NCBI GenBank assembly: GCA_012026655.1
Contig: JAAILG010001584.1
Location: forward strand, 1 to 64,000
DNA from: Hydrolagus affinis
Lineage: Eukaryota
Direction of reading: 5' to 3'
DNA: 64,000 bases
Positions 34,601-49,600 of the stretch are shown here, piece after piece. Each line of letters opens with the position of its first letter. Position 1 is the stretch's first letter. The position numbers and the translations under genes were made by a program. Below the pieces are notes generated by a model. It worked only from the letters and a program-made list of their open reading frames with translations. It did no database searches and was not told the origin of the DNA.

Positions 34601-37600
34601 ATCTCTCAAACCATGTAAATAGGAACCCGTTTGTTAGTTGATTGGCAGATCGCTTTCCAGGGATGATAATTCATTTTTAAAAAAAATTGATCGATCAATC
34701 CATGACTGTTTGTGGAACACTGTTATGTGCAATTGTTTCATGTTTCACCCACAAAATATGCAGTCAATTCACTTTACAGTATATTCCTTGAAGCGCTTTG
34801 AGATGTCTCAACGACATAATGACTTATCAAATGCAAGTATTATTATGTTAATAAGGCAAGACGCCATAGCCATTAGGAGCTGATTTGAAGTCGCTACTAC
34901 TTGCAATTGTGTCTCTGTGAGGTGCCCTAGATAAATACAAGTTGTTGTCGACGTTGCCTCAGATAGCAAAACGCTCTTTGGTGTTAATGCACTTACTGGT
35001 GTTAATTACTGCGTCAAAGTATCCAGGGTGATCTTGATTCATTTTAATGTAGGTGTCAATTCTGGAAGTGGCAACTTCAGCTTCTGTTTTGCGGTTCACC
35101 CCGCTCTGCCACAGCCTTCTGGTGTACTCCTGTTTATCCATTGGAATCAGGAGAATGTACCGAGGCTCCAAGTAGGTCTTCTTCAAGCTACGAACACCCT
35201 ACGTAAAGGCAAGAAAATAAGGTGAATGTTCTGATCTCACTGACACCCAACTCTTAACCAACACTCAACTAGCTTGCAGCTGAGTCCCTCCCTCCATTTC
35301 ATCTGACCCATCTGCTCCCTCCATAACCTGTAAATGTTATGCTATCTTTCTGGAAGGGAAACACAAAAAATATTGCTTTCCCTCCACCTAGGAATCGAAC
35401 TCAGATCCTCTTGATTTCAAAGCAAGCGTGCTAACCACTACGCTGCAGAACATTACTTTTAACCCTAGGTTGGGCAAGTTTCCTTACTCCACATGCCGAG
35501 CAGTAAATAGAAACCCGGCTGTTAGTTGATCGGCAGATCGCTTTTCTGGGAGTAAGAGTTCCTTAAAAATGAACTGGTCACCCAATCCACGACTGTTTGT
35601 GGGACATTGCTTGGCACAATTGGCTGCCACATTTCACGCACAAAAAATACAGTCAATCCACTTTATAATATATTCTGTGAAGCACCTTGAGACAACAACA
35701 ACAACAAAATTACATTTATAGAGCTTTCACGTCGGGAGGACGTCCCAAGGTGCTGAACAGTTAGGTCGGGACCCGAGCAGAGGGAGAAGGGTTGGGGTAG
35801 GGGGAAGGAAAGGGGGAAGAGTTAGGAGGGGAACAGAAGGCATGGTCAAAGAGGAAGGTCTTGAGACCGGCCTTGAAGGAGGAAAGAGAGGAAGTGAGGC
35901 GAAGGGATTGCGGGATGGAGTTCCATAGTGTGGGAACGGAGAGGCTGAAAGCCCGGCCACCGATGATGGGGCAGTTAGGGCGGTGGATGCGGAGCAGGCC
36001 AGAGTCTGCTGAACGGAGGGGAAGGGATAGGCTGATAGGGAGACAGCAGGTCGGAGATAGGTGGGGGCAAGGCCGTGAATAGCCTTGACGGTGAGGATGA
36101 AGATCTTGAATTCGATCCTCTGGGGGATAGAGATAGGCGAGAGTGGGAGTGATGTGGTCGCATGTTGAAGACATGATCAAAGCGCTATTTCCAATGCTAG
36201 GATCATTATTACCTCCAATTCCATATTAATGCAGCAGCCTAGTCCTTCTCTGGCTACAGCTTCCAGTGCATCTCTGCTCAGCCCATAGTAATGTCCATTG
36301 TATTTTATTGTCTCGATAAACTGTCCCTGCAGAAAAGGTTGATTTTTTTAAATTAGTTCCAATAAAGGCAGATGCATTTGTCAATGATTTATTACTGCAT
36401 ATAAATGAACGAATGACCCATTAAACAGCCCTCAATAATTGGAAAATCGGGGAGTCAATCACCAGAATGAAAATGGAATAATACCTGTGTACAAACAACC
36501 TAATAAATGACAGCCAGCACGCAAAAGCTCGATTCAGAAGGGGCAGATCTTGTCTGACCACATTCATATGGATGACATCTCAAATTGATTCTGAGAAACC
36601 AGGTGACATATCCTATCTAGCCTTACACATCAACGAGTTCTTCGTATTTGTCCGGGTATCAAGGGCAAGTCAAAGACATGGATCGAAAATAGGCTGAAGG
36701 GAAGGAAGCTGAAAGAAGTTGTTAAGAGAGCCAAGCCAAATTGGGCAGTGTGTGTGAGTGGGGGGAGCAAGGTATTTAGCATGGTGCGTCGGGGGTTGGC
36801 ACTGGGTATTCTGAAAGAATGAATGAATGAATGAATGAATCAATCAATCAATCAATCAATCAAAACTTACATTTATAAGTTTTCCTTTCACGTCGAGAGG
36901 ACGTCCCAAGGCGCTGTATAGTTAGTTAGGGACAAGAGCAGGAGGGGAGGGATCCACGCAGAATGAAGAAAAGTAGGAAAATTGACTGTATATTTGTGGG
37001 CAAAACAACAAAGAACATAGGATCATAAGAATTGCTAGTCGAAAGAATACCAAGGTCCACCCAGTTCACCTTCCTTCCACCATCCTGACAGTCACAACCG
37101 AAGGAAAGGGGTCCCTTGAGCTGAAGTCCGAGATTCACTTTTAATTTGGATGGAGTCTCCACTTGGCCTTTTTCGCGTGCGTAAAGAAATGTTCAACTTA
37201 AATGCAAATTGACCCTTATGGTTTCTTTAGTTTCTCATTGACAATATGGCACAAGAGATTTTTTGAGGGGTTTCCTTTGCCTCCTTTTAAAACCTCACTT
37301 CTCCATTAAGCTTTAAAGTCCATTGCTATTTTATCCTGCGCAAATGGCTGTCGTGTTTTGCCCACAAATATACAGTCAACTCATTTTACAGTAAATTCTG
37401 TGAAGCGCTTTGAGACATCCAGAAGACGGGAAAAGCGCTATATCAAATGCAAGGATTATTATTATTATTTCCAGACATACTGATCCCGAAATTTTTTCCA
37501 GTCGATCCAATCACTTGTTGTAACATCAGTAAAAATAAATGTATCGATCACAACAACAAATTATATTTGTGTAGCGCCTTTCATATCGGGAGGACGTCTC

Positions 37601-40600
37601 AAGACACTAGACAGAGACCCGAGCAAGGGATTGGTATCGTAAGCAGTGGAGGGTAGAGTAGGAGGGTGGAAATTATGCAGTTTACAAAGAACTAATATTT
37701 AGGAGGAATATTTCTATTGTGAATTCACAATATTGTGAGTTGGGTGAAATTCCTGAGTCACATCATGTAAGGCAGCTGAATTAACACAGTAATTAATGAC
37801 GCTTGTGCGATTGTACGTCCTCCTGACGTGTAAGGCGCTATACAAGTGTAATTTTGGTTGTTGTTGGTATAAGTTTAATTATTTAGATGCTAATGGGGTT
37901 CAGTTGGTTATCAGCCTGAATAACTCCTCCAAGTAGATTATCTTCTCATAATGGCTTTGGTACTCACTGTTCAAATACTCATATTCATGAAATCAATGGA
38001 AAAAGTTTTTTTTTTAAAAAGACACGTTACTCACAATATCTTGCAAGTAATTAATTTTTAAACAGTATAGATAATAAAAATGAATTCTTTATTTAAGGTG
38101 AGAAAACCAAGTCAAAGAATCGAGCAGAATGGTACTGGAGTACTGTACTTGTTTATTTTCATGCTCAGAGCAAAATCTTCTTTTGAGTTATTTTCAGCCA
38201 TTGTCTTTTTAAAGACAATAATAATGTAAAATTGGTTTTCTTTGCTCCCGCATTTGTTTGCAAACAGTGCAACTTCTTGACTCTTATATATTCATGCAAA
38301 TTTGACATTTTTTTTTGCAGATCATCCCCTGACCAGAACTGACGGATAAATTAAAACAAAATAACAGAGAAGGTTTATATCACGATATCTCCTACTGACC
38401 ACCTGCAGCCTCTGGAACTCAAAATCCACAAGCAATTTGAGAAAGAAATGAAAGCAGCTTGCAATGCCTGATGAGCTGACAAGGTTCAAGCCACACGTCT
38501 GGCTGAAAAGCAGGTTGAAGACGTGAAACATTTGGTATGAAAGCCAATAGAGGAAAGCCACTGCATCAAAAGCTTAAGGTTTTTGACAATGTAAAATGCA
38601 ATGCAGATTTAACAGCTGGTGCATTCATTGAAACTAGAATTGCCTGTATCTGCCATGAATTCAATTGTCCTAATGGAGAAGTTTTACCTCATCTCCAATA
38701 AAAAATTTAGCTAACATTGTATATACCTCAAAAAGGTTGCCTCCAATTTAGCTTGTTTTAACTTGATTCTGATTCTATTTGTTGAACTATGTTAGGACTA
38801 TATTGAGGTTATCCTGCATGAACTGTCTAGTATGAATTGAGTTTGCTTCATAACAACAACCACAACAACAACTTCGATTTATATAGCGCCCTCCACGCCG
38901 GACGGCGTCTCAGAGCGCTTAAATCACAATCGCTTCATCTATTTTAATAAAGTTATAAACTGGCACAGAAGAAAATCTCTTTATTTTGTTATGTTAATTT
39001 TTTGCCCCAACTTGATGCCATTTCTATGCTCCATTTAATGTTGTGGTAAAAATTAATTGCGTGAAAATAGGTAAAATGCAGCAGTAGATTTTTGTGATCA
39101 CCAGATGGTGGGAAATGGAACACTTTCTCTTTTTAAGCACATCAACATCAAGCACAGTCGGTCAGATGTAAGAGACAGTATTTCACAATGTTAAGACGTA
39201 AGATCAGCCTCTATTGCAAGTGTGGTTGTTTTTTTTTCCATTTTCCACACAAGTCATGTTTGTGCCTCTGCAAATCCAATTACCAATTAGTGTTCAAAGA
39301 GCAGCAATTGGAACTAGATTGAGGCTTACCAAACTCATTTCCTCTAAACCCTTTGACACGCAACAGACAGGCCAGAAATCCATCCCATCAATTGTCAGGA
39401 AAGTTAATCAAATGCGAGGTTACATACTGATGGCACTCAACTATAAGACGAACGAAATGAGGAAAGACTACAAGCTGAACTTGTTTACTTCGGGGAGAAA
39501 ATACTGGGGGTGGATAAGACCTAAAGTTTTAGAACTGGTAGTGAGGCAGTCATTCTGATTGCTATCCAGTGACATTCACTGTCTGCGGCTGTGATGACAA
39601 ACAGCTACTTTTGCCGACATACCAGATATTTGCATTCAAAGACCCTTGCCTCGGCAGGAGTCAACACCTTCCACAGTCAATCTCACACCCCAGCATACAT
39701 GTCGAGAAGGGCCAGCTCTTTCGAAACAACTCCATACTTAACTGTGAAAACGAGAAAAATAATGTTTCTCCACAAAAGCAGCTGTGCTTTAATGAAATCC
39801 CACAGGCACAGCATAATGCATCCAAGCATTGATTTTGTGGAAATTCTGCCAAAATGCTCCCAAAGGTATTTTCAGGTGTTTAAAAGAAAAATAATCTTGA
39901 ATTCATAGTATCCCTTGTGTGAGTCTAAAGTAGTGTATAATCCTTTAAGGGGAGAAGCAAGAGCATTCTTACCTCATGAATCATGTCTTCAAATACCTTT
40001 TTGGATACAAAATAATAGTCACTTCCTTCCTTTTCTCCAATGTGAGGTTTTCGAGTGGTGTGACATGCACTGAAAAAACACACAATATGTATCACTTTGC
40101 AAATTGTTTCCCTCATAAAGGACCTTGATATGTTGATAAGTCTCGGCTCAAACTCTGAAACTGCATGAAACCAGATGGAACTGGAAAGCGGAGATAAAAT
40201 AAACAATTACAGAACAAATCTCCTATCTACCTTCCATGGAAAAGAGTAAAATTCAGTTGAGATTACTTTCTAGTTAATAGTAACCCTTGCATTTGATATA
40301 GCACCTTATCCTGAAGTCAAGGCGTCTCAAAGCGCTATGCAGGATATATTGTAAAGTGGATTGACTGCGTATTTTGTGAGCAAAATGTTCATGTAGAAAA
40401 TGTAAAAAGCGCTACATCAAATGCAATGATTATTATTATTATTATTAGAAACGATGTACTGTAGTAGTAGGGGGGAGGAACGAGATAACTTTGTTTCCTC
40501 ATCTAGTATCAGCATCAAGTGCCTTCAAATCAACTACAACATTGCCAAATGCAAAGTAACATTGCCCCTCCTCCAGCCTTCCGTTAGGTCTTAATTGTAC

Positions 40601-43600
40601 TATAAGAAGAACACACTGCTGTGGACAAGTGTGACATTACCACTCAGTCTTCCTGTCAGCACTCGAGAGTGATCTGGTCAACTTGATGCCTATTAGTGCT
40701 GAACTGTGGGCAGCTTTCTCTTATTTCACCTCAGCCTCAAACTAGGATAAGATGACCATTTTCAATACTGTATATATGAGGCCCTTACTCCTTCCAAAGG
40801 GAGACGGCAACATTTTCCATTTCATTAACCAGATCTAGATTTGAATGCAGGTCCGAAGGATAAAAGAGCAGCACTTAACTGCCCATTTCCCACCCCCAAA
40901 TTTTAGAATCAAAGAATCTTACAGCACAGGGGAAGGCCATTCGGCCCATCGTGCCTGTGCTGCCTCTTTGAAAGAACTGTTCAATTCATCCCATGCTTCC
41001 CATTACCTTGCAATTTTCATGCTGATATCCAATTCTCTTTTGAAAGCTATCATTGAATCTGCTTCCACCGCTCTTTTGAGCAGTGCATTCCAAATTGTAG
41101 AAACTTGCTGCGTTAAAAAAAATCTCCTTGCCTTCCTACGCAACCAAACGGAAACAGATGACCTGATATAAATTGGTCCTTTGGTTAAACTGACTGAATG
41201 AAAGAAGCTATTTGCTTCAGATGTTCACAGATGTTGTGTCGACAGCAATGCACAACATTTACTGCCTTTCACACGTATATGTTACAAGAAGCAAGATGTG
41301 AGTTCAGAAGAAATGGTTTCGTTTACAATATATATTAAAAATGCACCCAGTGAGCACAGAAATTAGAAAAATTATGTGCACATGAGGCTTTTAAAACTTT
41401 AACATCAAAGACATTTTCTTCACAAAAAATCCTCATAAAGACATTCACACTTTAAGTATCTGTTTTTAACTTTGACAAAAAGCAGGGAAACCATAATGTA
41501 GCAACGTGAAAACTGACATTCTATTTGTGAAGAAATCATCTAAACAAAATGTTTGGTAAATGCCATGTTATTCAATAACCCTTGCAAATCTGGAAGGACA
41601 AAATAATTCATTACTTTTATTTGAACTTTAATTTCCACACATCATAATTTTAGGTAAAGGATTATGACATCTTATATTGGGGACTGTACATCAAACAGAC
41701 TCCTGGAAAATGACAGATATAAAATGTATGACTCAGTGTTGAACTCAGTAAGCATCCAGCAAAATCTAAAGCTTCTGCATAAGGCACTGAATGAGTTCAC
41801 AAAGCGTGCATCTCTATGAAATACCAGTCCAATTAAAAAGGAAGAGACCAGAAGAAAAGAATAAATAAAGAGTGCAGATATATGTGATTTAATTGAGGAT
41901 TTGTCAACCAGCAATAGATTGAAGGGAATTATGAAAAGAAGCCTTCAATTTAGAAACCTTAGCTAATGTATTTCAATGAATAGTGTACTTGCTGCCCTTA
42001 AGCAGACACACTCACTGAATGGATGTACTATATGCTAACTCATATCAATGAACTGGAAGGGATATATCTTACACTAAATCAATAGTTCAGTCTTGTGAAT
42101 GTAGCTGATCCAAGTTGCATATAACCAGATTTATTTCAAAGGTTTACATTTAATAATACTAATCCTTGCATTTGATATAGCTCTTATCATGTCTTCCAGG
42201 CATCTCAAAGCGCTTCACAGAATACACTGTAAAGTGAATCGAGTGTATATTTGTGGCTGAAACGCGGCAGCCATTTGCACACAACAGTATCCCACAAATA
42301 TGGATTGAAGTGACCAATTTGTTTTTACCAATTGTGAATAGAGAGGCTTACAAAACTGTATTGTAATAGTAACTGAAAAGTCAACCAAAAATATGATAAT
42401 TAATAAATGCAACCAATTAGTTCATTCATGTGATATCAGAAACCATAACAGCAATTTATCTGAAGAGTTATATAGTGCCTTTCATGTCAGCAGGACTTCT
42501 CAAAGTGCTAAACAAAGCTGGATAGGCACCAGAGATGGAGAAAGGGAAAGAATGAAAGCGCAGACAAAAAGGTACATCTTGAGATGTGCCTTGAATGAGG
42601 GGATGGAAAGAGGGAGCTCTGAGATATTTCAAAGTGATAGGTTTAATAAAAATGCACATTCTTCTATGACCTCCCCCAATTATCATCCAGTCCTTTCTTC
42701 CTTTCTACTCACTGGTTGATGACTCATTAACTTGCTTCAGATTGCCTGCCCTCTGTGCACAGAGCCTTTCAATGCTCTTTCAGGAGATACTAAACGTTGG
42801 GCTCCTTCATCCACTTTGATGGAGCAACAACAACAACTTGCACTCATATAGTGCCCTCCAAGCAGGGTAGCGTCTCAGAGCTCTTAACATTGGCGGAGCC
42901 ATACAAACCATGCTTTAATTCAAATAAGAATTTATTTTCTTCATGTCTTTTAGAATTCTATCCAGAAGTTATCAACTCAGTTATGTTGACTCCACTCTTA
43001 ATCCTTCTTTGTTTATCAACATTCTGGTTCCTCACAAGGAATTTTCCACTGTAACAATTTCCAAGAAGCTAAGTTTCCTCCATTGTGCAAAACTTACTTT
43101 AGCCTTAAAAACTCATCATTCTATATTAAGCTCGAATTCATTCAAGCTTGGGAGGACAGCTCCTATATCTGGGAAATGTATTCTTTCTACCTGCCTCTCT
43201 TCCACTCCTGGTCAGAATATTAAAAGAAAATCAAATCATAGCCTGGTCCCTTACACCAACTCAATTTTTCTCAGGTCTTTAAGCTTGTGAAAGTGTCCAA
43301 CTCCTTCAGTCTTGCCCTCCTAATACAATCCTAATACATTACGGACGTTCCCTTTAAGACTCCTCAATGTTCTCATGGAATCTGAGTCTTTCAGATGTGT
43401 TTTATTGACACACTGTAATTTTAATAGCTCCGGGGAGGTGAGGTAGCATTTCTGAGTTTGCTTTGATCATTAAAGCTGCAGCTAATTTTGCTGGTTTAAT
43501 TGGTAAAAAGTATGTGGAGCACAAAGCTAATTTTTGACTGCTTTTTTTAATCACAGCAGTGGTTTTAGTCAAAGAATGAGTAAGCCTGGAGAACATAAAC

Positions 43601-46600
43601 TCTGCCAGTGCTTAGGTTAACCCCTCTGCCTGTTCCAAGAGCTTCTCACATGTTAAGCATACTAGCCTTTTATATGTCGCCTTATCACGTCGTTAAGAGA
43701 GCACTTCACAGAATACATTATGAAGTTGTTATAAAATTATAAATTTACACTGGGAGGACATCTCAAAAGCACTTCATATGATATACTACAAAGTAGAGTG
43801 ACTGTGTATTTTACATAATATACAATATTCACATTTATTGCACGTGAAATGAAACCATCATCTCATATCCAGAAACTACACCTTAATCTTAACTCTAGTA
43901 TCAACCACAATATACAGTAACTTTAACTTCAGGATGCAATTCAGAAAAGGCGATTTTTTTTTTGCCAGCCAGGAGGGGGTGACACATTCAAATCCCATCA
44001 CATACTGAACCAGAGTTTAGATTCTCTGAAGCGTGCGAATTTAAGAGTTCCACATATGCATGCCGCATATAGAAACTGCCTGTGTCTGGAAATAGAACGT
44101 CAACTCTCTTCTTGAACGGACACACTCCGCTTATCTAATTTCAGTGACTATTAGTCACAGGTTGGCGAGGAGCAAGGCTTGGGGACTCCAGAGTATGCGT
44201 TGGGAGTCCTGCCAGATTTCAACCAGATAAAACCACATAGCTTGGCATTGAGAACTCTACCTAGCAGGCTTCCCACTGCTTATCATCGTAACCCTTAGGT
44301 CTTTGACTTGCAGTTCATGATGATGATGTTAGTGATGGGCATCATTCTTTCACTTTGTGATTTGGTACTTGAATGTGCTACAGTACATGAAAACACCAAT
44401 TTTTTTTTAGCTTTTGACAGTTTTCCTCCCCTTTCCCTTGAAGAGCAATTGGCTCCTAGAGTGTTATCCCACACACTTCCATTGGAAAATAATGAGGGAG
44501 CAGAAAAGCTTTGAACAACTCGTTTCTAGTGGGTTGACAGAAGGCAACTGGCTTTTTCAAAGCTGCAAAGTGAATGATTTTGCAGCTGTTGAGGCAATAA
44601 TAAGAAGTGATTGATTAGTTTCTGTTACATAGCACCTCTTTATAAATTTTCTTTTGAAAGGACGAGGGTGAATCTTGTGCAGTTGAGAGGAGATCACCTC
44701 AAAGCCTTTCAAGGTGGAAGTGCAGGATGTATGAATATAGATGTTGCTTGAAGCTGGATAGTGTTTTCCTCTGGCACCTGGGAAACTCAAGTGGCTTGAG
44801 TTCAGCGCAGTGGGACATTCTCCCGATGTGAAAGGCACTTTGCAAATGTAATTGGTAGTTGTTGTGGCCAAAAAAATGAAAATCGCAGGTTGCAACTTTC
44901 AAACAAGTGCACCAACATAAATAACATAGCAACAGTTTCAGTGAGCAACAGACCCTCAGCTTCTTCAGTCTATTCATTCAACATCCAACAATATATGTTT
45001 GTTTTATCTATTTCGTCAACAATAACAAATTGTATTTATATAGCGCTTTTCACATCGGGAAGACATTCAAAGGCGCTGGACAGTTCAGTCTTAGCACCCT
45101 GGCTTCGGGGTTGGATTCAAGAGGGATAGGGACCAAGGTGGAGGTGGAAGGATGAAAAGTGGAACCAATCTGCTTTGAAACACATTATATACAGATGCAG
45201 TTAAAGGACTCCTGTGTTTAGAGACTTTAAAGTCCTCATTAGGCTTTAATTTCTGAAAGCTATGATTAGAACTGGGCTCTGTTATCAGTCTTATGGAGCT
45301 GATTCCTTTGATGAACATATGCAACAGGTTATGTTCTTAGCTCAGTGCATATGTTCGTAATTTGGAAAAAAAAAAGGAATGAGAGAATTAATAAATGTGC
45401 AGAAAACAAAGTTGGGAAAAAAAGATTTGGCCATTTAAAAAAACATTAATTTAAGGAACCAAACATAAGAGAAAACCTTTCATCAATACTAATATGGATT
45501 GGCTCCGTTATGATTTGAAAGTGGTGAAAGCAATCCCTTCCCATAAAAATACAACCAACAACTTGCATTTATATACTGCCTTGAGCAGCGTTTAACAGTG
45601 GCGGTGCCTGATACTGCGCTGGGGAGAGAGAGGTGATCTGAAAACAGGCAAAGAGGGAGCAAAGTGGAGGAAATGAGGCAGAGTTCCAGAGTTCCTCAGG
45701 ATAGTAGCTGAAAGCGCGGCGTTGATGGCGCAACATAGTGGACAAAAGAAGTGTAGAAGGGCGGAGCCAGCTGAGCGAGTGGAGTGGGGGGGGGGGGTCA
45801 CGTCTTCTAGACGTCTCAAAGCACTTCACAGAATATACTGTAAAATGAATTGACTGTATATTTGTGGGTGAAAATTGATTGATAGTAAACAGCAAATAAA
45901 TTTGATGACAATATAATTCTTAATACCTTCTAGCTTCTCCTGGGGTCCTTGAATGCTTACCAGTATCCAAAGAAATTGGAAAATTCTTGGCAAAGTATGT
46001 GAGCAAGTTCTCTTTTCCCACTGGTCTGGGGTCCCGTCAGAACCAACACTGGATACGGCATGTCAAGGCTAAGCAAGGTGCTGTGAAGTCAAACAAGTCA
46101 CAGAGAGTCAAGAAAAATCATTTGCATTTTTGTACTGCCTTACCACAAGTTATAAGGCCTCAAAGCACTTTCACAGTAATTATTGTCGAATATAGTGTGT
46201 TTGGATTTATTTTATTGCACAATCCCACATGTTCACTCTGAGAGATTCTTCTGAAATTGGGGCTTACAGACTATTGTGGCAGGTAAATAGAATTTAACTA
46301 TAATTCTTGATGCAGGAATGCTCTATATTACACTGGGTGAAGAAAGTTTCACGTGAATAAATTTTTCATACTAATAATTGCATTTGATATAACATATTTC
46401 AAATCATCAACTTCTCTCTATCCATCAACACTGGTCCCCCACTTCTAAACACAGCTGTCATCACCCCCATTCTGAAAAAACCTTTGTTGGACCCATGCAC
46501 ACAGCACAGAGATAGCTCTGGTTAAAGTCTCTAACAATATTTTGAACATCTATGATCAGGGCTCCCTCTGCCTCATTGTCCTCCTTGACCTCTCTGCTGC

Positions 46601-49600
46601 CTTTGACACTGTCAACAACTCCATCCTCCTACATCGCCAACAAGACCGAGGCCCTCTTGATTGGAATGCCCCAGCGCCTTCATGCATCAGGCACTGGTAG
46701 CATTAACCTCCAATGTTGCACACTCAACCTCACCAAGCCAGCCAGGAACCCAGTGTCTTGTTCGATCCTCAACTATCTTTCCTCCCCTACATCCAAGCCA
46801 TGACCCACTATATCCAAGCTATATTCCCTCATCTCCACAATAATGCCTGCCTCCTCTCCTACCTCACCCCTCAGACTGCTGCAACTCTCATTGATGCCTT
46901 CATCACATCCAAGGTCCGACTAGGCCAACGCCCTACTTTTTGGCCTTCCCAATTCATTCTCTCCATAAACTACAGATAATCCAGAACTCTGCAGCCCATG
47001 TCCTCTACCGCTCCAAATTCCTTGACCCCCATCTCCCCCATTCTCACCTGACTCCATTGGCTCCCCATCACCCAGAGGATTCAATTCAAGATACTGGTCC
47101 TCACATTCAAAGCCCTTCATGGCCTCGCCACATCCTACCTCTGTGACCTCCTAACCCCCTACCAACTTGTCCACAATTCCACTCAGCAGGCTCCAGCCTG
47201 CTCCATGTCCCCCGACCCACCATTGGCAGGCGAGCTTTCAGCCACTCTGCCGCTAATCTCTGGAATTCCATCCCACAGTCCTTCCACCTTGCCCCCTCCT
47301 TAGCCTCCTTCAAGTCCCATCTCAAAACGCTCCTGCTAGATGGTCCCATCGTTCACCCCAAATCCCCCCATTTCCTTTCACCCTCCTCGTCCCTGACCCC
47401 AGCTTGGGTCTGAAACATTGACTGTCCAGTGCTTTGGAACGTCTTCCTGGCAGGAAAGGAGCTACACAAGTGTACTTTTGTTGTTGATTCACTTGGGGAG
47501 AACGCCTCAAAGCATTTCACAGGATAGACTTATGTCAAGGGTGGTGACTGTGTATTTTCCAGGTGAATGTAACAACCAATTTGTGCAGAGCAATATCCTG
47601 CAAAAACCCAAGAAGTGAGTAACCAATTTTATTTGGAGGATTGTTATCCACGAACCCAGAAGAACCTAGTTGATATTAATAATTATATTATTATCAAATT
47701 TATTTGCGGTATACTTGAAATCTATAGGTGCAAATTTAAACGGGTACCAATCCAAATTCCACTTAGCAATGTATTAGTATGTAGGAACCTAGAGTAACAA
47801 TCGCTGAAAAAAATTATTTGGTCACTCAATCCATGGCTTTCCTGCTCTCCTTCCCCCTGCCCCGACCTCTCCCCTTGACATCTTTTCCCCCCCATTTCCC
47901 TTAATCCCACTTCCATGACTATTTGTGGGACACCGCTGTGCGCAATTTGGCTGCCGCGTTTCATCCACAAATATACCGTGAATTTTCCTACTCTTCTTCG
48001 TCCTGCCCTGACCCCTTCCCCCCTGCTCTTGTCCCTACCTTACTGTACAGCGCCTTGGGACGTCCTCTTGACGTGAAAGGCGCTACATAAATGTAAGTTT
48101 TGATTGATTTGATTTGATGACTGTTTGCGGGCCACTGGTGTGTGCAATTGGCTGCCGCATTTCAGCCAACACAATATAGTCAATCCAATTTACAGTATAT
48201 TATGTAAAGCGCTTTGAGACATCTCGAAGACGTGATGGTGGGGGAGCTCCCTCAAATGCAAGGACTATTATTATTATCATTATTATTATCAATAACTAAA
48301 ACAGACTCATAGCTGCAGCGCATCCTTCAATCTGAATACCTGTCAGAAATCTTCTGTGGTCGCAGAAAATAATTGACCACATGGGTCCTATGATCTCTTG
48401 CAGCTACCACTTCAGGAGGTGGGTTATATTTGTTAACTGCAGCGACCTAAAGGAAAGTTTATGTGAGTATATATTTTATACATCCTTAGCACAATGTCAT
48501 CAAAAGTGTCAGCACGACTTTCCTCCTTCAAAGAACTAGCTCAGCCATAAATGAGTAAAAAGGCCTTCCTCTTCGCTCTAAATTTCTAGTTAATAATGAT
48601 CATTACATATCACACAGCACCATTCATACGAGGAAGAAATCTCTAAGCACTTCACAAGATACAAGTCCAATGACTGCGTATTCTGTAGGTGCACTCGGCA
48701 ACCAATTTGGATTCAATAATGCCCCACAAACAGCCATGAAGTGAATGACCAATTTTAATTGGGGCCAAGACACTGGGAGAAACTCCCTTCTCTTTTCAAT
48801 TAGTGCCATGGGATCTTTAATGTCCACCTGAACAAACAGATGGAACTTAGGTTCACCAACAACAACAAAATTACACTTGTATAGCGCCTTACATGTCAGG
48901 AGGACGTCCCAAAGTGCTGTTCAATGTCTCATCTGAGGGAAAGAGCATTCAACATCGCATTGGTGTGTCAACCTTCACAATATGAGTGTCCTCCCCAACT
49001 CCAATATGAGTTAGAGAAGGGAAAAAATCAGCTAGGATTCCTGCTCCTGGACCCTGTACTGGTTTGTGTATGTATTAGCTGAATGGGCAGAGGTCAGACT
49101 CGGCTGTGGCAGCTTCTTCAGTTGAGTGAGATACTGACACTCACTGTCTCAGCTCACACATGACCACTTAGTTCTTTGGATGGCAAACCAGTGCTTGGAA
49201 CCAGACCCCAGCCAGCTTGGAACTCATATAGTCTGACACTCCAATTCAGTGTTGGAGGTGCCACTCTTTCCCTTCGAAAATCAGAGATGTGCAGAGGCCC
49301 AAGTCAGCTGAGGGAAGGGGGCAGATAGACGGGTGCATTTTTAGACCTAAAACAAACAACCGCACAAACTTGTGAAATCAAAATAATTTATTTGACAGAA
49401 TATGTTACAGATGTTTTTGAGTTGGTTGTTTAACAGGTTTTGGTAGGATATTATAGTGCTAGATTAGTTAATAGCTCAGAATTTAATGCAAAATGAGTAA
49501 ATACAGTAAAGCCCGTTTATCTGTGACCCGATTAACCGGATTGCTCAACCCCCTCCCGGGGCAATTCCCCATTCCAACAATCGGGAGGATGCTCAATTTG

